From: Verrucomicrobiota bacterium
GTDB lineage: Bacteria; Verrucomicrobiota; Verrucomicrobiia; Limisphaerales; UBA11320
Assembly (NCBI GenBank): GCA_016199985.1
Contig: JACQFQ010000048.1
Coordinates: 3,965-67,964 of the forward strand
Length of the DNA: 64,000 nucleotides
Direction of reading: 5' to 3'
Position numbers and translations under genes: made by a program. A model generated the notes under the pieces. It saw only the letters and a program-made list of their open reading frames with translations, had not been told where the DNA came from and searched no databases. The number at the start of each line of letters is the position of its first letter. The stretch's first letter is position 1. Below are positions 57,528 through 64,000 of the stretch, piece after piece.

Positions 57528-58469
57528 CTAGTGGGTCATCGAGTAGAAGATGATGTTGATGCCCATCGGATAGGCCTTCTTCTCGGAGAATTCCCGGAAA
57601 TAGTACTCGTTCTCGCCCTCGCGCTCCCATCCGTCTCCGTTGTCGGTGTTGTGGCAGATGATCACCATCATGCGGCCCTTGTCATCGTAGATGGCACGGT
57701 AGTGCGGTTCCTTGGCGTCGTAGCGCTCCCAGGTGATGCCTGTGTATTGGCTGGCGATGCCCACCTCGACGTTCGGCACCTGGGGCTTTTCTTTCAGGGT
57801 GAACACGCAGTTGAAAACCGGATGATCGATGGTGAGCTCCTGCGGTTCCCGGTCGGGAAAGACCCGCTTCAGCTCCGTCGCGAGGTTGCGCCATTCGCGC
57901 TCGCCCCAGAAGTCGTCAAACATCAGAAACCCCCCGTTCAGCAGATACGCGCGCAGCGCCGTGACCTCCTCGTCGAGAAGACGCATGCGGCCGGGCTCGA
58001 CGATGTAGATGAAGGGATAGCTGAAGAGCCGGAGGTCGGTGAGGTTGATGAAGTCGCCGTCCGGGTGCACGGCGATCGAGGTCATCTGCTGCAACCGCCA
58101 CCCGAAGTTGATGTCGCTGTCGGGGCAGTCCGTCTTCCATCGGTTGTCCGAGTCGTGGCCGAATCCGTAGGTGCCGTCGACCGAATAGCGCACCCGGGCG
58201 AAGGTGAAGGTGTCGTAGAGAAACTCCGGGTCGACCTTCCATGTCGGCATCTCGGTCCCCTCGCTCACCATGTCTCGCGCGTTTCTCTGGGCGTTGGCCG
58301 CGGCGGGCGGGATCAAGGCGCAGAGGAGAGCGAGGAGCGGCGCCATGCGACGCCACGAAACCCGGAGGCCTGAGCCAGCGGCGTCGCGACCCGAGCCGTC
58401 GTGAGGGCGTGAGGGGCCGTGGATTCTGTCGGCGCGGCGCAAATCGAGGAGACGGGTGTGTGGGCTCAT
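57528..58469 (-). CDS. DUF4159 domain protein (secreted, possible Tat signal)
   Basis: FTFARVRYS.DG........W.TDCPDSDINF..RL...T.I.......INLTD..LFSYPFIYIVEPG...L.DEEV.ALR.YLLNGGFLMFDDFWGEREW is the DUF4159 core. The ATG at 58469 overlaps the upstream stop (ATGA). The alternative ATG at 58346 immediately precedes the hydrophobic signal segment. Confidence 0.85.
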   Translation of the reverse strand: MSPHTRLLDLRRADRIHGPSRPHDGSGRDAAGSGLRVSWRRMAPLLALLCALIPPAAANAQRNARDMVSEGTEMPTWKVDPEFLYDTFTFARVRYSVDGTYGFGHDSDNRWKTDCPDSDINFGWRLQQMTSIAVHPDGDFINLTDLRLFSYPFIYIVEPGRMRLLDEEVTALRAYLLNGGFLMFDDFWGEREWRNLATELKRVFPDREPQELTIDHPVFNCVFTLKEKPQVPNVEVGIASQYTGITWERYDAKEPHYRAIYDDKGRMMVIICHNTDNGDGWEREGENEYYFREFSEKKAYPMGINIIFYSMTH

Positions 58470-59542
58470 TCGAACGGAGGGTTCTTCCCCGCTTTGAAGC
58501 TGTCGAGGTTCTTTTGCAGGATCGCCTTGAGCTCATCATTGGGCGCCAGCTGGAGCGCCTGCTGCTCGAGTTCGATGGCCTTCTCGGCCTTGCCCTGGAG
58601 GAAGAGGGTTCGCGCAAGCATGTCCAGGGTGCTGGGCTGCTTTCCTTGCGTGATCGCGTTGGCGCGGTTCGCCATCTCGGAGACGATCCTCATCGCGGCG
58701 CCGTCCTTCACTCCATTGAAGAGCATGTGGAAGCAGAGCTGAAGGGCGACGTTCGGGTCGCCAGCCCGGGAGGCGGAGATTTTCTGCGCCGACAAGGCGG
58801 CCTCGTCGAGCTTCTTGAGCTTGAGTTGGATCTGGAAGCGCACGACGTCGGTGTTGCCGATCGCGCCTTCGGGCGCGACCTTTTCCAGCTCGTTGAGAAC
58901 CTCCTCGGCCTTCGCCCATTCCTGGCCGGTGATCAGCTGGTTCAGCTCGGGGATCAAGCGCGCCATGGCGGCCTGGCCTTCGTTGCGCTTCTTGAAATCC
59001 GCCGCGGATTTCTTCAGATCAATGCTCCCGGCAAGCAGTGTATCGATCAATTCATCCGTGATGCGCATCGGATGGTCCACCCAGGCGATGCGTCCGTCCT
59101 TGCCCACCAGGAACGCGGTGGGCACGCCGTTCATCCCCATCGCCTCCATCCATGTCTCCGACATCGCGCCGCTGGCGTTGTCCACGGCCACCCGGTAAGT
59201 CATGTTCGAGCCCATCTGCCTGAGGAACGGCTCCACCGTCCCAGGTTGATGCTCCATCACGCTTTGTCCAATCACCACGAGACCCTTGTCCTTGTACTTC
59301 TGGTGGATCTCGTTGACATGCGGAATCGAAATGCGGCAGGGACCGCACCAAGTCGCCCAAAACTCCACGATATACGCCTTGTTGGTTTCGAACCGCGCGA
59401 CCGGGTCGCCCTGAACCCACCTTCCGGGTTGCAGCGGGGGCGCCATGTCGCCGATGGCCAGCGCCGAGGCGCGCTGGGACGAGAGGCCGATTCCCCATGC
59501 GAGGAGCGGAGTGAAGATGAGAACAAACGCGCGTTTCGCCAT
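58466..59542 (-). CDS. Secreted thioredoxin-fold (TlpA/redoxin-like) protein with helical TPR-like C-terminal domain
   Basis: The ATG at 59542 gives MAKRAFVLIFTPLLAWGIGLS (signal). It also has the motifs FWATWCGPCR (CxxC) and GVPTAFLVGKDGRIA. Confidence 0.85.
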   Translation of the reverse strand: MAKRAFVLIFTPLLAWGIGLSSQRASALAIGDMAPPLQPGRWVQGDPVARFETNKAYIVEFWATWCGPCRISIPHVNEIHQKYKDKGLVVIGQSVMEHQPGTVEPFLRQMGSNMTYRVAVDNASGAMSETWMEAMGMNGVPTAFLVGKDGRIAWVDHPMRITDELIDTLLAGSIDLKKSAADFKKRNEGQAAMARLIPELNQLITGQEWAKAEEVLNELEKVAPEGAIGNTDVVRFQIQLKLKKLDEAALSAQKISASRAGDPNVALQLCFHMLFNGVKDGAAMRIVSEMANRANAITQGKQPSTLDMLARTLFLQGKAEKAIELEQQALQLAPNDELKAILQKNLDSFKAGKNPPFE

Positions 59543-59790
59543 ACAACAGATCAAAGTCAATGGAACACAGACCTGGGTAGAGACCCTAATCAACCTTCGA
59601 CGCCAAACTCCAGCACTGAATCGGGAATCGAGACGCGCCAACGCGTCGCATTGGCGCGATCCTGAGCGACATCTCTTGGACGCCGTGGGGCGTCCAACGG
59701 TTGCGGCCGATTTTGATGAATCTTGCCCCCCTTTTGGAGCTTCGCAGCCCAGGCTGTTCAAGCCGGCCCTGAGCTGATACCAGTGCCGGC

Positions 59791-60834
59791 GTGAATCCAC
59801 CGAATCTCCAATCGCTCCTGCGCGGACCGTCGACGGATCCTCTTCAGCTCTATCGATGCCGCGACGCGCTCTATGCCACGGATCTGCTCGCCGCCGCCTT
59901 GGTCTGGCTGGATCTTTTCACCGTCCTGGACCGCCGGCCCTCCGACCTGCCCGCGCTTTGCGAAGCCCTCGACATTCGGCCGCGCCCCGCCGACGTGCTC
60001 ATGACGCTGCTACAGGCGATGGGCTTGGTTGAGCGTCGCGACGGCCTGTTTCATGTCACTCCTGTGGCGCGCGAGCACCTGGTGCAGGGATCGCCTTGGT
60101 ATCTGGGCCCCTACTATGCGTCGATGAAGGATCGTCCCGTCACGCTGGATTACGTGAAAGTGCTCCGCACGGGCAAGCCTTCCAACTGGGCCAGCCTGAA
60201 AGACACGAAAGCCTGGGCGCAGGCGATGGAGGAGGACGCGTTCGCCAAGCAGTTCACGGCGGCCATGGATTGCCGCGGGCTCTATTTGGGCACGGCTTTG
60301 GCCCGCGCCATTGATCTGAACGGACGGCGGTTGGTGTTGGATGTCGCCGGAGGCTCCGGCGTTTACGCCTGTTGCCTGACTTCGGCCTTTCCCGGCCTGC
60401 GCGGGCTTGTGTTTGAAAAGCCGCCGGTGGATCGCATCGCGCGACACGCCATCGCCGAGCGCGGATGCTCCGAACGCGTCGATGTTGTGGCGGGCGACAT
60501 GTTCCAGGACGAATGGCCGGCCAGGGCCGACACGCATCTGATCTCCAATGTTCTTCACGACTGGGATGTGGAGCAGGTGATGGATATTTTGAGGCGTTCT
60601 CATCGCGCCCTTCCGGCCGGAGGCTGGCTTTTGGCGCATGACATGCACATCAACGCGGACAAGACGGGGCCGCTGGCCGCGGCGCAGTACTCGGCGCTGC
60701 TGATGAGCATCACGGAGGGGAAGTGTTACTCGGAGGGCGAGATGGCCGAGATGCTCGGGGAGATCGGGTTCACGGCTCCGGAGTTTTTTCCGACCGCGGC
60801 GGACCGCAGCGTGCTCCTGTGTCGGAAGCGGTGA
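59791..60834 (+). CDS. SAM-dependent O-methyltransferase (dimerisation domain + class I MTase)
   Basis: N-terminal winged-helix-like region, then VLDVAGGSGVYA (SAM motif I) and DTHLISNVLHDW, typical of the COMT/CrtF-like O-methyltransferase family. GTG start. Confidence 0.82.
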   Translation: MNPPNLQSLLRGPSTDPLQLYRCRDALYATDLLAAALVWLDLFTVLDRRPSDLPALCEALDIRPRPADVLMTLLQAMGLVERRDGLFHVTPVAREHLVQGSPWYLGPYYASMKDRPVTLDYVKVLRTGKPSNWASLKDTKAWAQAMEEDAFAKQFTAAMDCRGLYLGTALARAIDLNGRRLVLDVAGGSGVYACCLTSAFPGLRGLVFEKPPVDRIARHAIAERGCSERVDVVAGDMFQDEWPARADTHLISNVLHDWDVEQVMDILRRSHRALPAGGWLLAHDMHINADKTGPLAAAQYSALLMSITEGKCYSEGEMAEMLGEIGFTAPEFFPTAADRSVLLCRKR

Positions 60835-60865
60835 GGTTTCGGGGTCCCGATCGCGAGGCCGAACC

Positions 60866-63154
60866 TCAGCCCGAGTGCGAGATCTCGCTGGCCTGGCGTT
60901 CGAGGGCGTGGGTGAAATCGCGCGAGTGAAACGGCTTTTGGAGGAAGTTCACGCCCGCCTCGAGCGGGAGCCCGCGGCCCACGCTGTCGACGCCGTAGCC
61001 GCTGGTGTAAATGACCCGCAGGCGCGGGTGCGTCTCCAACACATGCTGAGCCAGTTCGCTGCCGCTGATGCCGCTTGGCAGCACAAGGTCGGTGAGAAGC
61101 ACGCGGATCCGGCTCGAGTTCTCCCGCCACACCGCCAAGGCTTCGAGCCCGCTCGCCGCCTCGAGGACCCGATATCCTTCGTGCTCCAGCATGCTCTTCA
61201 GGGTGTACCGCACCGCGGGCTCGTCCTCCACGAGAAGCACGGGCGTTTCGGCGGGAATGATCAACGAGGGAGAGGTCAGAGCGTCCGTGGGGGTGGCGGC
61301 CCATGACGGCCCCACCGGGAGGAAGATGCGGAAGGTGGACCCCGCTCCGCGCTGGCTCAGGACTTCGATCCATCCGTTGTGCTGCTTCACAATCCCGTAG
61401 GCTGTGCTGAGACCTAGGCCATTGACCGAGCTCGCGGTCTTGGTGGTGACGAACGGTTCGAAAAGATAGGGGAGCAGCCGCGGATCGATCCCGCATCCGG
61501 TGTCCGTGAAGGTCAGGCGAATGAACCGGCCCGCGCGCGACTCGGGGTGTTTCGGCAGCCTCCCGTTCGTGAGCTGAGCCTCGCTCGTCGTGATCATCAG
61601 CTGCCCTCCCTCGGGCATCGCGTCCCGCGCGTTCACCGCCAGGTTCACGATCACCTGCTCGAGCAGCGGGCGATCGCCGAGGATCTCGGGGAGGTTGGGG
61701 CTGGGCTCGAAGGTCAGGGCGATGTCGTCTCCGAGCGTGCGCGACAGAAGATCCGAGAGGCCATTCACAATGGCATTGACGTCCAGCGCGCCGAGCTGCA
61801 CTTGGTTCCGCCGACTGAAGGTGAGCAGCTGCCGCGTGAGCTGTTCGGCGCGATCCACGGCGTGCAGCACCTGTTGAAGCGTCTCGCGCCCCTTCGGCGT
61901 GAGCTCCTCCGCGGATCGCAGCAGATCCAGCTGGCCCTGCATCACGGTGAGCAGGTTGAAATACTCGTGGGCGACACCGCCTGCGAGCCGTCCGACGCCC
62001 TCCAAGCGCTGTGAGTAACGCAGCTGCTCCTCCAGTTTCCTCTGGTCCGTGATTTCCACGACGAAGGCATGCACGACCCCGCTCTCCACATGAGGGAAGA
62101 AGGACCAGGAGAACGTGCGGTCATTCTGCTCCCAGATGACCCGGGATCGCCCCTGGCCGCTCACAAGGCAGGACTCGACTATGCTCGTCGCCTGCGCCGG
62201 GACGCATGCGGCGGGATGCTCGCGTCCGAAGGATCGAGCGAGCTCCATAGCGGCGGCGTTGTGATAGGTCAGGCGTCCGTCGCAGGAGAACATCAGTATG
62301 GGGTTGGGATTCTCCCTCGCGAAATCCGCGAGATGGATGAGCGCCGCCTCCACCCGCCGCTTCTCCTGGCGGTCGCGGAGGACAAAGAGTCGGGCGGCTT
62401 GGCCATGGAACCCGATTCCGACGGCCGAGAGGGCCGCCTCGGCCTGCGTCCCGTCCAGCCGGTTGATCACCACATCCAACTGGATCGGTTCGGGCGCGAG
62501 CGAGTTCGCTTGAAGCGCGGATTGGAGCTTCTCCCGGCTCTCCGCGCTGAGGCAGCTGAAGAGGCTCTTCCCGAGCGCTTCCAGCGGACTGCCCGCCCGC
62601 ACCAGCTCGGCGAAAGCAGGGTTGGCTTGAAGAATCCCGTCTGCGCCTTCAATCACCGCTCCTTCCTGCACGAAGTCCGCCAGCCAGTGAAAACGATCCT
62701 CCACCTCCTTGAGCTGATCATCCGTGCCCGCCAGATCAATCCGCAGATCCGTGGCTTCGATCGCCCTCAGCGTCGCGACGGGAAGCCGGCTGAGGCAGGA
62801 TCGGAACACGTAATCGTAGGCGCCGAGCGCCAGCCCGTGAAGCGCCTCGGGGTCGTTCGGCTCGCCCATGATGAGCACGACGGGAGGGTGACCATTGAGA
62901 CGACGCAGCAGCTCCCCCGTGAGGCTCGGATTGAGCGCAGGATGGCATTGGTCCAGAAGGATGGCCTGGTACAGGGTTTTGTGGCAGCGGTCGCCGATCA
63001 GCGCCGGATTGGTGAGGATGTCGGCCTTGCCGTGCCATCCCGCGTCGCTGAGCAGGCTCAGCCAGCGTTGCGCCTCTTCCTCGGCGACGGCGACCAAGAG
63101 CACTCTCGAGATGTTAGGGATCTCGGAACTGGGAAGAAGAGGATTCGCTTGCAT
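60866..63154 (-). CDS. Hybrid sensor histidine kinase / response regulator (pseudo-receiver, PAS domains, HisKA, HATPase_c, REC)
   Basis: GRLAGGVAHEYFNLLTVMQG is the H-box. NLAVNARDAMPEGG is the N-box, and DTGCGI and GLGLSTAYGIVKQHNG are the G-boxes. The C-terminal VLLVEDEPAVR...LLTDLVLPSGISG is a receiver. ATG at 63154 preferred over TTG at 63163. Confidence 0.9.
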   Translation of the reverse strand: MQANPLLPSSEIPNISRVLLVAVAEEEAQRWLSLLSDAGWHGKADILTNPALIGDRCHKTLYQAILLDQCHPALNPSLTGELLRRLNGHPPVVLIMGEPNDPEALHGLALGAYDYVFRSCLSRLPVATLRAIEATDLRIDLAGTDDQLKEVEDRFHWLADFVQEGAVIEGADGILQANPAFAELVRAGSPLEALGKSLFSCLSAESREKLQSALQANSLAPEPIQLDVVINRLDGTQAEAALSAVGIGFHGQAARLFVLRDRQEKRRVEAALIHLADFARENPNPILMFSCDGRLTYHNAAAMELARSFGREHPAACVPAQATSIVESCLVSGQGRSRVIWEQNDRTFSWSFFPHVESGVVHAFVVEITDQRKLEEQLRYSQRLEGVGRLAGGVAHEYFNLLTVMQGQLDLLRSAEELTPKGRETLQQVLHAVDRAEQLTRQLLTFSRRNQVQLGALDVNAIVNGLSDLLSRTLGDDIALTFEPSPNLPEILGDRPLLEQVIVNLAVNARDAMPEGGQLMITTSEAQLTNGRLPKHPESRAGRFIRLTFTDTGCGIDPRLLPYLFEPFVTTKTASSVNGLGLSTAYGIVKQHNGWIEVLSQRGAGSTFRIFLPVGPSWAATPTDALTSPSLIIPAETPVLLVEDEPAVRYTLKSMLEHEGYRVLEAASGLEALAVWRENSSRIRVLLTDLVLPSGISGSELAQHVLETHPRLRVIYTSGYGVDSVGRGLPLEAGVNFLQKPFHSRDFTHALERQASEISHSG

Positions 63155-63449
63155 GCCAAACAATCAGTTTCTCTCGAACGAAACCAACCCCTGAGGCTGA
63201 CCTTGCCGGGCGCCTATCGCCGCCCGAACGCGAACTCCGCCGCGTGAACCTCAGGCACGACCTGGAACGAACTCCCCTAAGAAAGCCGAACGCCCGGCCA
63301 CTGTCACTGTGAAAAACTAGAAACCTAATAAGATGAAGCACGCAAACTAAAGATAGGCTAAAGACAGGTTTTGGGTTTGAGCCGGGTTGTTGGCCATGGC
63401 CGCGAGTCAGGACTCGCCTTCGGGTCCGGGATCGGTTGATGATTCTCCC

Positions 63450-64000
63450 ATGACCAGTGCCAAACGCATTCCCAGCTCCCGGGCTCTCGCTCTGATTCTC
63501 TGCATGGGCGCCCTGGGCGAGACTCATGCGCTGGCGGCGGCTGAGTCGCCGGCCCCCGCGCGCGAGGAGTTCGCGCTCCAGGCGGCCCGGTGTCGTCGAT
63601 TGCTGAAGACGAGCGTGGTCGATTTCTATCTCCCGCATTGCGTGGACGCCAGGAACGGCGGCTATTTCGAGGAGATGAAGGAGGGGAAGTTCGTTTCTTC
63701 AGGCTCGAAATTCGCGACGCTTCAAGCGCGTCAGATGTGGACCTTCAGCGTTCTGGCGCGCGAGGACGCCTCGCTTCGCGCGGTGGCGCTGGAAGCGGCG
63801 CGGTCGGGGTTCGAGTTTATCGAGGGGAGAATGAAGGACGCGGAGGGCGGCGGATACTTCGCGAAGGTTTCCGACGAGGGGAAGCCTGTGGACGATCGGA
63901 AACACGCCTACTTGAATTCATTTGTCCTCTACGGGCTGGCCGCCTACCACCGCGCGACAGGAGATCCTCGCGCCCTGGCGTCGGCCCAGGCCCTTTTCCG
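63450..64000 (+). CDS. N-acylglucosamine 2-epimerase (AGE) superfamily protein, 3' end truncated by the window edge
   Basis: Not in the supplied ORF track, apparently because it has no stop in the window. I translated it by hand with no stop to base 64000. Signal peptide MTSAKRIPSSRALALILCMGALGETHALAAA, then DARNGGYFEEM, DAEGGGYF and KHAYLNSFVLYGLAAYHRATGD, typical of AGE/cellobiose-2-epimerase-like (alpha/alpha)6 proteins. An in-frame ATG also exists at 63396. Confidence 0.75.
   Translation, partial: MTSAKRIPSSRALALILCMGALGETHALAAAESPAPAREEFALQAARCRRLLKTSVVDFYLPHCVDARNGGYFEEMKEGKFVSSGSKFATLQARQMWTFSVLAREDASLRAVALEAARSGFEFIEGRMKDAEGGGYFAKVSDEGKPVDDRKHAYLNSFVLYGLAAYHRATGDPRALASAQALF

Overview
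High-GC bacterial chromosomal window. Hand counts on single 60-nt lines give about 58-80% GC outside the island described below. The gene content looks like the PVC superphylum, most likely Verrucomicrobiota. That is an inference from protein families: giant Ig/CARDB/Calx-beta surface proteins, a BatB-like VWA-TPR protein, DUF4159, and an ECF sigma paired with a Ser/Thr kinase. I support about 38 protein-coding genes.

Housekeeping genes are rpsB-tsf, rnhA, prc, asd, sodA, hisG and apbE. They are interleaved with many secreted or envelope proteins:
- a surface protein of at least 3500 aa, cut by the 5' window edge
- a beta-propeller fused to a di-haem peroxidase-like domain
- a GH5-like hydrolase
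- an M48 protease
- a redoxin / cytochrome c / Cu-monooxygenase-like fusion
- sensory proteins: an orphan CheW, an HDOD-GAF protein and a hybrid histidine kinase

I recognised no rRNA, tRNA, CRISPR array, transposase or integrase.

The most interesting part is a visibly lower-GC block at about 42.0-57.5 kb (spot counts about 47-55%). It holds an ECF43-like sigma factor transcribed divergently from a membrane Ser/Thr kinase with an extracytoplasmic WD40 propeller. The kinase gene overlaps by ATGA a 1256-aa FecR-domain + TPR + TonB-dependent-receptor-like beta-barrel fusion. Around these sit a 1112-aa secreted protein with four tandem modules, two orphan envelope proteins and a HigBA-like toxin-antitoxin pair at the edge. 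I read this block as a candidate phosphorylation-based trans-envelope signalling system that has not been characterised.

Secondary observations:
- a roughly 65-aa C-terminal module ending in (F/Y)(Y/F)(R/Q)(L/V/I), shared by five secreted proteins
- two very small basic ORFs flanking hisG, one bS22-like, both below the 60-aa minimum ORF length seen in the supplied ORF track
- a perfect 4 x 9-bp tandem repeat between two genes

All family assignments come from reading motifs by eye. No searches were run.
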